NCBI GenBank assembly: GCA_965223665.1
Contig: OZ245011.1
Coordinates: 1,312,001 to 1,376,000 of the forward strand
DNA from: Nitrospinaceae bacterium
GTDB lineage: Bacteria > Nitrospinota > Nitrospinia > Nitrospinales > Nitrospinaceae
Length of the DNA stretch: 64,000 bases
Direction of reading: 5' to 3'
The notes below the pieces were generated by a model that ran no database searches, was not told where the DNA came from, and was given only the letters and a program-made list of their open reading frames with translations. This document shows positions 50,719 through 60,941 of the stretch, in pieces (within the stretch, counting starts at the first letter, position 1; every line of letters begins with the position of its first letter). A program made the translations under genes and the position numbers.

Positions 50719-51504
50719 TCAAGATCGGCTTTCCCCTTTACTCAAAACATCAATCATGGATTGGTGAACATGTCCATTCGTGGCAAGGATTTCCCGATCT
50801 CCAAATTTGAAGGGCGATCCATCAAAGCGGGTTACTTTGCCACCTGCCTCCTGGACAATAAGCCATCCGGCTGCATAATCCCAAGGGTGAAGTTTTAGTT
50901 CCCAAAATCCTTCAAACCGACCCATAGCCGTGTACACCAAATCCATGGCAGCCGAACCTGGGCGACGAACGGCTTGGCATTCTTTTACAAAATTTGCAAA
51001 GTGATCCAAATTATTATGGCAAGAATTTATTACGTCGTATGCAAAACCCGTAACCAATAAACTCTGCTTAAGAATTGAGATATCCGAAACATGGATTGGT
51101 TTGGAATTCAGCTTTGCACCCTGACCAACTTCCGCAACAAAAAGCTCATCCAAACACGGATTATAAACCACGCCCACAACAATTTCCCCAGCACATTGAT
51201 AACCTATAGATACACAATAGCAAGGGAACCCATGAGCAAAGTTAACTGTTCCATCTAATGGATCTATGACCCAAAGATGGTCTGCATTCCCCTGAGTCTC
51301 TCCAGACTCCTCAGCAAGAATTGCATGATCGGGAAAGCGTTCTTTAATTCGACTAATAATTTCCTTTTCGCAAAGGAGATCAACCTCGGTTACTAAGTTT
51401 ATTTCGCCCTTAAAGCTGATTTTACCTACCCGATCTTGACGTTCCTTTTGAATTCTTCCTGCAGCCAATGCCGCTTCCACAGCTACCTGGACGGGGTGGG
51501 TCAT
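50719..51504 (-). CDS. suhB: Inositol monophosphatase family protein
   Basis: LVTEVD, AEE, WVIDPLDGTVNFAHG, GSAAMDL, WDYAAG; ATGA overlap with mnmA. Confidence 0.9.
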   Translation of the reverse strand: MTHPVQVAVEAALAAGRIQKERQDRVGKISFKGEINLVTEVDLLCEKEIISRIKERFPDHAILAEESGETQGNADHLWVIDPLDGTVNFAHGFPCYCVSIGYQCAGEIVVGVVYNPCLDELFVAEVGQGAKLNSKPIHVSDISILKQSLLVTGFAYDVINSCHNNLDHFANFVKECQAVRRPGSAAMDLVYTAMGRFEGFWELKLHPWDYAAGWLIVQEAGGKVTRFDGSPFKFGDREILATNGHVHQSMIDVLSKGESRS

Positions 51505-52592
51505 TCGATCCAACCTCCGCCAACAATACAATCCTTACGATAAAAAACCGCCGCTTGCCCAGGGGAAATGGCAGGTTGAGGATACTCCAAATTCACTCTC
51601 GCTCTTCCATTTGGAAGTGGGGTCACCCAAGCCTCCACGGCTTTATGGCGATATCGAATTTGCACCAATGCTTCAAAAGGTTCACAATGATTTAAATACC
51701 AACTTACTTCCCGAACAGAAAATTCATCCTTAAACAGTTTAGTTTTCGGACCCACGGTCACTTCATTATTTACTGGATTAATCGAGGTCACATAATATGG
51801 CTCAGAAAGACCACCCAGGTTTAACCCTTTTCTTTGCCCAACGGTATATGCTGGATATCCTTTGTGTTGACCCAGGACATCGCCATTCGAATTCACAATT
51901 TTTCCAGGTTGAAATTTTTCTTCATCTACTTGACTTGCAATAAATTTGGCGTAGTCATTGTCCGGAATAAAACAAATTTCATGCGACTCGGATTTTCCAG
52001 CCACATTCAAGGAGTATTTTTCAGCAAGCTGTCGAACCTCTTTTTTCTCCAAATTACCCAACGGAAAAAATGTTCGCTCTAATTGCTCTTGTGAAAGATT
52101 GAATAGAAAATAGCTTTGGTCCCTTGTTTCATCTAATCCCCGCTTTACAGTTAAATTTCCAGAGTCTTTGTCACGGACCACAGAAGCATAATGACCAGTG
52201 GCTATATAATCGTATCCATAAATTTCTGCTTTTTGCATTAATTCATCAAATTTTAATTTTTTATTACAAGCGGTGCAGGGGATAGGAGTCCGACCTTCCA
52301 TATACTCAGACACAAAATAATCTACAACGTCTTTACGAAATTCTTTTTCTAGGTTTAAGATATAAAATGGGATTCCAACCCGCTCTGCCACCCTTCGGGC
52401 ATCAGACAAATCGTCTAAAGAACAACAAGTACCAAATCGATTATCCGTGTCCCAACTGTAATCCCATAATTGCAAAGAAATCCCTATCAGAGAATATCCC
52501 CGATCTTTTAATAGTGCCGCCACCACTGAGCTGTCAACACCACCACTCATAGCGACTACTATCTTTTTATTTTTTGGGGGAACAATTTCCAT
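51501..52592 (-). CDS. mnmA: tRNA 2-thiouridine(34) synthase
   Basis: AMSGGVDSSV, GRTPIPC, ATGHYA, DQSYFL, ICF, TVGQRKG, PGQAAVFY. Confidence 0.96.
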   Translation of the reverse strand: MEIVPPKNKKIVVAMSGGVDSSVVAALLKDRGYSLIGISLQLWDYSWDTDNRFGTCCSLDDLSDARRVAERVGIPFYILNLEKEFRKDVVDYFVSEYMEGRTPIPCTACNKKLKFDELMQKAEIYGYDYIATGHYASVVRDKDSGNLTVKRGLDETRDQSYFLFNLSQEQLERTFFPLGNLEKKEVRQLAEKYSLNVAGKSESHEICFIPDNDYAKFIASQVDEEKFQPGKIVNSNGDVLGQHKGYPAYTVGQRKGLNLGGLSEPYYVTSINPVNNEVTVGPKTKLFKDEFSVREVSWYLNHCEPFEALVQIRYRHKAVEAWVTPLPNGRARVNLEYPQPAISPGQAAVFYRKDCIVGGGWIE

Positions 52593-52609
52593 ACTAAAAC
52601 CTAACTACC

Positions 52610-53185
52610 TTAACTTAATGAAAAAAACGATAAATTTGAGTCACCTAATTTGCGAGATTTTTTTAAGGATAGTCTACCATAACTTTCTGATAGGATGGTT
52701 TTGTGATGATGCTCAACAATAACTATTGAGGGTGTCTTCAATAAAGTTCCCTTTGCGAGTTCAACTATAGTTTCTTCATATAATTCTTCCGCAAAAGGTG
52801 GATCTACATAGACTAAATCAAATTGGAATTCGCGTTCTTGTAATATTTTTAGAGCCTGAGAGGCAGAGTATTTCAACAATAACCAATTCTTTTTTTTGCT
52901 CTGGTCACCTAAATCAAACTGCTTGCATTTATCCAGATTTTGATAAATTATTTTTTGAGCCCGATGGTCGGGTTCCACAAAAACCACTTTTTCAGCACCT
53001 CTACTAATAGCCTCAATTCCTATAGCACCCGTTCCCGCAAATAAATCTAAAAAAATAGCACCCTCTATATCTGGAGCTATTTGATTAAAAAGTGACTCTC
53101 GAACCCTATCTAAGGTGGGACGAATAGATGCTCCTGACAAACTAACTAATTTTGTCCCTTTGAGATTTCCACCAATTATTCGCAC
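52610..53185 (-). CDS. rsmD: 16S rRNA m2G966 methyltransferase
   Basis: RIIGG, RPTLDRVRESLFN, LDLFAGTGAIGIEAISRGA, DPPF. Confidence 0.95.
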   Translation of the reverse strand: MRIIGGNLKGTKLVSLSGASIRPTLDRVRESLFNQIAPDIEGAIFLDLFAGTGAIGIEAISRGAEKVVFVEPDHRAQKIIYQNLDKCKQFDLGDQSKKKNWLLLKYSASQALKILQEREFQFDLVYVDPPFAEELYEETIVELAKGTLLKTPSIVIVEHHHKTILSESYGRLSLKKSRKLGDSNLSFFSLS

Positions 53186-53351
53186 CCAATTCCTCTATTT
53201 CATTGATTTTCACTAATTAAAACTTCCTGAATTTTTAAGATTATCTGACTTTTCTACAGACTTTACAAGGCTGGACCTTTATGTTTAAATGCTTCTTTTA
53301 TTTAATTTAGAACCGTATATAATTACACAATTCATAAGGAATTAAGTTCGA

Positions 53352-53834
53352 ATGGCAAAAGTAGTAAACCGTAATCCCTTTCTTCTAGCTTTGTTTGCTC
53401 CACTTTATCAGTTGGTAGGAACCGTGGCAGTCACGAATGATTTTTTGCTTGCAGCCATTTTTTTAATGTTTACTTTGGGACTGCTCGGAGCTTATGTTAC
53501 TGAGTTTCCAATTTTTCCCGGATTATATGCCAACGAAGTATTACATAAAGTAGCTGTTTCTTCTTTATTTGGCTTTTTATTTGGACTGATTTTATTCGCA
53601 TTTTCAATGATGTTTAAAACGACAAATGAAGATGCAGATTCTTCACCCATTTCCCCCGCTGGAGAATTCTTTTTAACTTGGGTTGCTCTTTCAATTCCTG
53701 CTTATATCATCATGGCCTTTTTAATGCGGGGTGTTAATAAGCGAGATTTAGAAGAAGAAGATAGAATCCGAAAAGAAAAGAAGAAAAAACGCAAGAACAG
53801 CGGCCCTCCTATTATGGACCGGGATGGATTTTAA
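53352..53834 (+). CDS. Hypothetical multi-TM membrane protein with basic tail
   Basis: Three to four hydrophobic segments; KEKKKKRK tail. Confidence 0.7.
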   Translation: MAKVVNRNPFLLALFAPLYQLVGTVAVTNDFLLAAIFLMFTLGLLGAYVTEFPIFPGLYANEVLHKVAVSSLFGFLFGLILFAFSMMFKTTNEDADSSPISPAGEFFLTWVALSIPAYIIMAFLMRGVNKRDLEEEDRIRKEKKKKRKNSGPPIMDRDGF

Positions 53835-53839
53835 CAATT

Positions 53840-54070
53840 TTATTTAGCCTTTATTTGCGGCCACCAATCCATAAGAATTCCAACTTGATAAACCGCTAAA
53901 GCAATAATTACCAGAATAGCCAGTCGAATTAAATATTTCCTTAAAAATGCCACAGGGAAAAGTATTGCCCTGTATTTCTTACCCAACGCAAAATACCCAA
54001 TTACCAACAGAACCACCACAACTCCTGTCGCAACTGGGTACTCTGTTACCTTTGACAGTAATTCATTCAT
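53840..54070 (-). CDS. Small two-TM membrane protein
   Basis: 76 aa, two hydrophobic helices separated by basic residues. Confidence 0.65.
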   Translation of the reverse strand: MNELLSKVTEYPVATGVVVVLLVIGYFALGKKYRAILFPVAFLRKYLIRLAILVIIALAVYQVGILMDWWPQIKAK

Positions 54071-54175
54071 GAAAAATGTGCATAAATTCTAAGGGAATTC
54101 CTAAAATCGCTTAATTCTAAAAAGAGGCTGGCTTTGATTTAAAATTCTTCACCAATCCTTGGACTAAAAGAAAAA

Positions 54176-54637
54176 TCACCCGGTAGACTCTTTTTTAGGA
54201 TTAGCGCAATAAATTATATCCGCTTTAATACTCGGCAAATCAGCCCAACCCGAATCAGGAGTAGCATTTTCTGGATATGGTGTACCCCAAGGCAAATCTG
54301 ACATAGAGTAAATAGTAACATCTGATTTTCCACCCTCTCCTTCTTTAAACTCAACAGCAGCAATATGGGAATCATAACCTTTACGATTCCAAACTATTAA
54401 ATCAAGATCTTCATATTCTCTAAAAGTTGTTTTTTCTTTAGACCATACCCCTTTTTCAACTCCTAACCGATCTTCTTGATTCAAAAAACATTTTGCGAGG
54501 GATTGATAATTTTTTTCTAACTTTAATTTTTCAACAAAAGAGTGTTTTTTAAAGTAATTAAAATCATCCGTCATAGGTTTCTTGGCGCACCCCTGTAAAA
54601 CAAAAACAATCAATACAAATAAAATAATTTTTCTCAT
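54176..54637 (-). CDS. Hypothetical lipoprotein
   Basis: MRK, hydrophobic core, lipobox LQGC. Confidence 0.75.
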   Translation of the reverse strand: MRKIILFVLIVFVLQGCAKKPMTDDFNYFKKHSFVEKLKLEKNYQSLAKCFLNQEDRLGVEKGVWSKEKTTFREYEDLDLIVWNRKGYDSHIAAVEFKEGEGGKSDVTIYSMSDLPWGTPYPENATPDSGWADLPSIKADIIYCANPKKESTG

Positions 54638-55045
54638 TACATTAGAACTCCCATAAATGCCGATTCAAATCTAAAACATAATTAATAAAGGTAATTGGAT
54701 TTGAACTAGATTCTCAACTTCCTCTCCCAGCGATAATTTTATTATATGTAAACCATAAAAAAAACATGAAAGTTATACTTTGAAAACTTTTTAACTCACA
54801 AAACCAAAAATTAAATGGACTGATAAATTATCAAGAAAAATTCACAAACAAATAAACTCGTTTTAATCCCCCTTAATTCAACCAATTCGGCCATTTTAGA
54901 ACCAATATATCAATACCCAAAATTTTTATCCATTGATAACCTCTTAAAAAACTTTCCTGGCCAACTTAATTATCCAATACAAAGTTTTTTATAAAAATCA
55001 CTTTAAATTTTCATAGATTTTATTCCAAAGGCCTAATTCATTTCA

Positions 55046-57955
55046 TCAAAATTCGCACCATTGTCCAATTAAGTCAAACTCAAACCTCAAATTATACTCT
55101 GCTAGAAACTCAACCCAAACTTGCGTATTTAAAAATATTTTGGGATGTTCTCGTCCACATTTTGCGCTTACCCAATCTGAATATTCCCGAATAACTGTAT
55201 CAGTCAATTTCGGATTTTTGCTAAACTCGACCAATTTAAAATGATGTTTTCTTTCTCCTCTTTCTATAAATGGCTTAAACTCTTCAAGTTGATAATGAAT
55301 TAATTTTCCCATCTTTTTTTCTTCAAGAATCAACAGCTTTCCAGTTTCCTCAGATATCTCTGTCGCAAATACCGGAATGCGATTTTCATCGGATTGATAA
55401 AAACCTATAAATCCTGCAACATTGACTTTTCTTTCTTTTTCATCCCAACGATTAAAAAACTTATTTGAATTCTTAATAAAATCATGAGCTTTTTCTCCAA
55501 AAACAAAAATTATTCCCGGAGAGGTTTGACTATATTTTTTTAATATATCTTCAATTTGATCTTTCTTTATTTTTTCACAATGTTCCGTAATTTTATTGGC
55601 AATATAAAAATCCATTTCTCTGACAGTAAAATTTGCTAAATCAAATGCAACTTCTTTTATAGAAATATTTGAGCTCTCTAAAAAGTGAGTTTTGGGATAA
55701 ACGCGCTTAACGTGAACCTTTATTTCTGGGTCTACCTCCCATCCAAATCGATTTTGAATTCGATGAAAATGATCATAAACGTTATAGAAAATCAAACTAG
55801 AGTTTAATGTTTGCGAAAAGGTTTCGACAAAATGATCCACTTGAAAAGGACTCAATCTAGATTCAGAAATCTCAATACTTCTGTTTAATCCAATACTACT
55901 TACAATGAAATCAAAAATTTCTTCTAATTGCCCCTCAAAATACTCACTCTGCTTTAACATTGAAATCCCTAAGTCTTCTAAGAATGCCTCATCATTTTCT
56001 CTTAATTCATATACAGTATTTTCTAATTCGAGGATTATTCGATCAATCCTCTTTAATCTTTCTTTTGAAGAAACCCATTTTAAATCTTTTAACGCCCCAA
56101 ACTTCTCTTCTGACTTGATTGAATAAGGGTTTACAGTCAACATCAAAAGGGTTAAAAAAAACTTTTTATAATCATTTTTTTTTGCAACAAATTCATTCTC
56201 AAACTTGTCTTTAAAAAATTCATCAGGAAAATCTAAAAAATAATTAAGAACAAATCTCACTATTTTATTAGATAAAATTGGGTTAGGATTTTCTGATCTA
56301 ATATCCTCAAAGTCACTATTTTCGAAAAATTCGATAACGAAATCTGCTCTTCCTTTACTAATTAAATACGCCCCTAAATTGGCCAGCAACTTTAAGATCG
56401 AACCAGATATATACTTTTTCAACATATTTTCTTTTATTTTTTTTCCTTTCAATCTTATATCACCCCAATTCACCAAGGCATACTCTCTTTCAAAAACAAC
56501 ATTCAATTCAGCAAAAGATTTCTCCCAATTTCGATACTCACTTAAATTAAGAACTGCGCTTTCTATTTCTTCCATTTTGCAAATTGTATTTTCAATTTTT
56601 CCATGAAAATCCAGATCATTATAAATACCAGGATCAAACTTTTTAAAATCATTTACGTATTTTCTGATTTGGATTTGTTCCTGAATTTCAAAATAAATAG
56701 TCGGCAACTCGTTTAACCATTTTCTCCAAACTTTAATTTGGTTGTTATTTTCAATTATTTTGAAATTTTTAAATAAATGAAGTGATAACAATTCTAAATA
56801 AGATGGATCAATATTCAGCCTGTCACTTTCATCCTCTGATATAACTCTATTAAACCATCCCACTGATTCTAAGTGACCTGATTCCTCAAAGGAAAAGTTC
56901 TTTGAGGAACCTATTTGAAAGCGCTTAATGGTAAACTCATTAAATAAAACTAGAATTTTTCTAACCGGACTAAAATTCCCCTCCTTTCTTGTTAAATCAA
57001 TAAGTAAAACTATCAAAGACTCAATGGTAGCTTGAGTAATTTCATGATTTTTATCCAGGATTGCCTCTTCCCAAATTCCTTTATAAATTTTCAAAAACTC
57101 ATCTAGCAAAGAACTTTTGTGTGGGACTTTCTTTAAAAGTTCCCAAATGTCTCCCTGAAATAGCTTTCCATCAATCACTTCATCCCTATCCATTCCCATT
57201 AGTATTTGATATTTCGTGTAATTTTTTTCTTTTAAAAGAAAAAACGTACTAGTCAAGCTCGTCAAATCATTTAAAACAGTATTTACAAAGTTATTATCAG
57301 CTTGCCTGACTCCGTACCTTGCGGACCTTAATAATTTATTCAAAATTAAACCCAAATCCTGCAGGCTTTCCTCTTTATTAGACGAAAAAATATTCCTTAA
57401 TAAAATTCTAATTTTTTCTACAAGGATTACATGAATATCAGTTGAGTATAGATGCACCCTTTTAATTAAGAGGGCAAAAATAATTAAGTTTAATACAGCC
57501 CATAAACATATCAATGCTATGACAAACGGATTATTTATGTTTAAGAATTTTACTAACAAAATAAAAACCACATGCAATATCAGCAACCAATATTGAGCCA
57601 AATATATTTTTTCATTTAAATATAACCTGAGTATTTGCCTATCTAGATCTTTAACAAATCTGAACACCATCAATATTGTGAATGGAATCGCCAATCCAAT
57701 AAGGATAATTTCAGCAATCAATATTACATTCAACAAATCTCCAGAACTTCCTATCCCATCAAAAGATATACTAGTCAAACCTTCAAATTCCAATGCCGGC
57801 AAATTTAATTTTGGCATATTGCCCGCAAAGTTTATTTCCCCAGAAATAAGTCCATAAAGGAGAATAGCGACAATAGGAATACAGGCGAATAAAAATCCGC
57901 GGACAAGATCCGAGACCGAATATTTTTCTTTTTCTTCTTTTATTTCTTTAATCAT
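55046..57955 (-). CDS. Large hypothetical protein with N-terminal TM segments and a helical soluble region
   Basis: 969-aa uninterrupted ORF; about 4 TMs in the first 165 aa; very AT-rich; no motif recognised. Confidence 0.8.
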   Translation of the reverse strand: MIKEIKEEKEKYSVSDLVRGFLFACIPIVAILLYGLISGEINFAGNMPKLNLPALEFEGLTSISFDGIGSSGDLLNVILIAEIILIGLAIPFTILMVFRFVKDLDRQILRLYLNEKIYLAQYWLLILHVVFILLVKFLNINNPFVIALICLWAVLNLIIFALLIKRVHLYSTDIHVILVEKIRILLRNIFSSNKEESLQDLGLILNKLLRSARYGVRQADNNFVNTVLNDLTSLTSTFFLLKEKNYTKYQILMGMDRDEVIDGKLFQGDIWELLKKVPHKSSLLDEFLKIYKGIWEEAILDKNHEITQATIESLIVLLIDLTRKEGNFSPVRKILVLFNEFTIKRFQIGSSKNFSFEESGHLESVGWFNRVISEDESDRLNIDPSYLELLSLHLFKNFKIIENNNQIKVWRKWLNELPTIYFEIQEQIQIRKYVNDFKKFDPGIYNDLDFHGKIENTICKMEEIESAVLNLSEYRNWEKSFAELNVVFEREYALVNWGDIRLKGKKIKENMLKKYISGSILKLLANLGAYLISKGRADFVIEFFENSDFEDIRSENPNPILSNKIVRFVLNYFLDFPDEFFKDKFENEFVAKKNDYKKFFLTLLMLTVNPYSIKSEEKFGALKDLKWVSSKERLKRIDRIILELENTVYELRENDEAFLEDLGISMLKQSEYFEGQLEEIFDFIVSSIGLNRSIEISESRLSPFQVDHFVETFSQTLNSSLIFYNVYDHFHRIQNRFGWEVDPEIKVHVKRVYPKTHFLESSNISIKEVAFDLANFTVREMDFYIANKITEHCEKIKKDQIEDILKKYSQTSPGIIFVFGEKAHDFIKNSNKFFNRWDEKERKVNVAGFIGFYQSDENRIPVFATEISEETGKLLILEEKKMGKLIHYQLEEFKPFIERGERKHHFKLVEFSKNPKLTDTVIREYSDWVSAKCGREHPKIFLNTQVWVEFLAEYNLRFEFDLIGQWCEF

Positions 57956-58420
57956 TACTTTTAATTTTAAAAATCTAATAACTATTCAAAGTTAAATATT
58001 GACCCCTAATGTTTTTATATTATTTACTTCTCCGCAGTGCGCCCTAATTCTAGCAAAGCTTTGTTTTCAAATTACCTGGATTATTTATTTTTAAATCCGC
58101 AAATATCAGTTTCCAGATAAAATATTTTGATGAAATTAAAAATTTTCATCATAACAAAGCAAACATTTGAATATCTCAGCTTATTTCAAATAAAATAAAA
58201 AGGGTTATCCAATAAATTACTTAACTTATCCAATATGTTTTATGGAAATAAAAAGAAAGGAAGGAAAAAATATTTTATCGGAGGTCTGCAAAAATGGAAT
58301 AAATTATTACAAAATATAATAATTTGAATCGGAACATTCTTATTTTGCCCAAATCACAAAAATAACGTATAGCCCAAACTCAAAAGAAAACTCATTGAAA
58401 ACCAAAAATTTGAAAGAGAA

Positions 58421-60334
58421 TCATAATTCATTCAAGCAATTGAAAATTTTTTCAATCATGATTGGTTTCCCTAGAAATTCAGAACAACCTAGTTCTAAAA
58501 ACTCTTTTCTCTCATGCTTCAACACTGAAGCGGAAACAATCACCACACGGGGTTTTTGGTCTCCTAAATCTTCATTCATTTTTTTTAAGGTTTCACTTCC
58601 AGTTAAAACTGGCATATGATTATCCAAAAATACTACATCAAATTTGTCTTTATATATTTTTTCTAAAGCCTCTTCACCATTCTTGGCTTGTTCAACTTCA
58701 CCTCCAAGCAATTTGATCATTTGGCACAAAGCTTCTCTATTTTCCATAACATCATCCACCACTAAAGCTTTTACTTCCCTTTTTAACTTTGACAACCCAA
58801 GTTGAGTGTTTGCTGAATTATTTTCTGAAGCATTTTTTTTAGATTCTGGCAGCTTAATTGTAAAATAAAATTTTGCTCCCTGGCCTTCCATAGATTTTAA
58901 TTCAATTTTTCCACCTAATAATTCTATTTGCTTGGAAGAAATGGCTAATCCTAAACCGGTTCCTCCTTTATCGTAGCCTAATTTATTTTGCTTGAAAGGT
59001 TGGAAAATCCGCTTTTGTTGTTCCTCAGGAATTCCAGGCCCAGAATCAATTACTTCAAATTTGTAAAAATCATTACCCTCATCGTAAACCAATAAGGAAA
59101 CCTTGCCCGAATCAGTGAACTTAATAGCGTTACCAATTAAATTTATTAATACTTGACGAATTTTTCCCTCATCCCCATAAACCATAGATGGTATTTTCTT
59201 TGGATAATTCAAATCCCACGTAATTCTCTTTTCCTTACACCTAAAACTAAAAATGCTTGAGATCCCCGAAAGCAATTCACTTATAGAGAACTCGGTACGG
59301 TTAATTTCCATGCATCCCGCTTCAATTTTGGAAATATCTAAAACATCATTGACCAATTCCAAAAGATGTTTACCCCCGTCTAAAATATGCTTTAAATTAT
59401 TTTTTTCTTTTGTTTTTAAGTTTGAAGACATATCCAGTAACTGAGCAAATCCAATAATTGCATTTAATGGAGTTCGAATTTCATGACTCATACTTGCCAA
59501 AAACATACTTTTCGCATGGTTAGCTGAATTGGCTTCTATTTGAGCTTTCTCCAACTCTTGAGACCTTCTTTCCAATTCTGAAGTTCTTTTCTGAACTCTT
59601 TCCTCTAATAAAATGTTGGAATTTTGAAGTTTAATATCAGCGTCCTGTATTTTGGTAATCATTTTATTAAACTGATCGACTAAAAATCCAATTTCGTCTT
59701 TGTTAATTTTATTGGCTCTCAAAGAATAACTATTCTTTTTTGTAACTTCCTGCATAGTAGATGCCAACTCCAATACCGGTTGTGCCACTGTCTTTTGTAA
59801 TTTGAATGAATATCGAAAAGCAATGAAGAAGGAAAGAATAATAACAATTCCAATTATCATTCCATAAAAAGCAAAGCGCTGAAACATCATATCCAAAGCG
59901 GTTAAAACGAATAAGGTGCCCAATTTTTCATTGTTGAATGTTATTGGATAAAAAACCCATAAATGCCCTTCCTTAAAATACTCTCCATTCTCCCAAGGAA
60001 TCTTGGGAGCAGAAACCTTATTTAAAGGGGAAGAATATTGGGCAAAAATCTTTTTATTAGGACCATAGATACCTGCAAACCGAATACTGGGCTCTGTTTT
60101 TAAGGTGCTTAACAGTTCCTTGGCACCCTTAGAATCCTGGAATTCCAAAGGACCAGCACTGTTAATAGCAATGATTTTAGTGATACTTAATATCTCTTTT
60201 GTTGCTGTAGTTCGAAAAATAAAAAACTCATAACCAGTAAAAGCAATACAAGCCACTAACACTAGAAATCCACTAGAGAAAAAAATGGCTTTTCTTATTC
60301 TATTTCTTATTGAGTCTTTTTTGCAGATATCCAT
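58421..60334 (-). CDS. Hybrid sensor histidine kinase (YfiN-like periplasmic domain, HAMP, HisKA, HATPase, REC)
   Basis: DEIGFLVDQFN; FLASMSHEIRTPLN; NLIGNAIKFT, DSGPGI, GGTGLGLAI; REC LVVDD..FLDNHMP..KP. Confidence 0.93.
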   Translation of the reverse strand: MDICKKDSIRNRIRKAIFFSSGFLVLVACIAFTGYEFFIFRTTATKEILSITKIIAINSAGPLEFQDSKGAKELLSTLKTEPSIRFAGIYGPNKKIFAQYSSPLNKVSAPKIPWENGEYFKEGHLWVFYPITFNNEKLGTLFVLTALDMMFQRFAFYGMIIGIVIILSFFIAFRYSFKLQKTVAQPVLELASTMQEVTKKNSYSLRANKINKDEIGFLVDQFNKMITKIQDADIKLQNSNILLEERVQKRTSELERRSQELEKAQIEANSANHAKSMFLASMSHEIRTPLNAIIGFAQLLDMSSNLKTKEKNNLKHILDGGKHLLELVNDVLDISKIEAGCMEINRTEFSISELLSGISSIFSFRCKEKRITWDLNYPKKIPSMVYGDEGKIRQVLINLIGNAIKFTDSGKVSLLVYDEGNDFYKFEVIDSGPGIPEEQQKRIFQPFKQNKLGYDKGGTGLGLAISSKQIELLGGKIELKSMEGQGAKFYFTIKLPESKKNASENNSANTQLGLSKLKREVKALVVDDVMENREALCQMIKLLGGEVEQAKNGEEALEKIYKDKFDVVFLDNHMPVLTGSETLKKMNEDLGDQKPRVVIVSASVLKHERKEFLELGCSEFLGKPIMIEKIFNCLNEL

Positions 60335-60340
60335 AACTAA

Positions 60341-60925
60341 CTATGCTTTAGGTTTATATACCTTGTGCGCTTGTTTTAATAACTTGTAACTCAAATTGAT
60401 ATTGGATTGTTGCGCTGCCTCCAAATTCACTTCAAAATCAATCGAATCATCAATTATGACAATATTGATCATTCCTCCATGCTCACAAAAACCTTCAATA
60501 TCACTAATAGTCAAAATGGATGTTTCTTTTAACTTTTGAATAATCGTTTCCAGTCTTTTTGATTTTGAGGTATTAATGAATAAAGCGTCAGAAGATTTAA
60601 GATCGCTTAATGAATCAATAAACCTGATTGAAACTTTTTTTTCATTAACAATTTGACCTTCAATTAACTCTAAAGCCTCATTTATTTCTCCATCCCCTAA
60701 AACAGATAAAATAATTTCTTCATTGATTTTCTTAGAATTGGGCCATTCTGCGAATTTAAGAAAATTCAGAGTAAAGGCCGTTTTTATTTTGTACTCCAAA
60801 CTGATTTCATTGTAACCAGTGGAAGGCAAAAACAGAATCAACCATATTAAAATTCCAAAAGAGGATAACTTCCTTATCACAGACAGGAATTTTTCAAACC
60901 AAAAATATTTTAAAACTATCTTCAT
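60341..60925 (-). CDS. YfiR/DUF4154-family periplasmic protein
   Basis: EYKIKTAFTLNFLKFAEWP, LTISD..GGMIN, FEVNL, LSYKLL. Confidence 0.9.
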   Translation of the reverse strand: MKIVLKYFWFEKFLSVIRKLSSFGILIWLILFLPSTGYNEISLEYKIKTAFTLNFLKFAEWPNSKKINEEIILSVLGDGEINEALELIEGQIVNEKKVSIRFIDSLSDLKSSDALFINTSKSKRLETIIQKLKETSILTISDIEGFCEHGGMINIVIIDDSIDFEVNLEAAQQSNINLSYKLLKQAHKVYKPKA

Positions 60926-60941
60926 TCGCCAGAAACACAGT

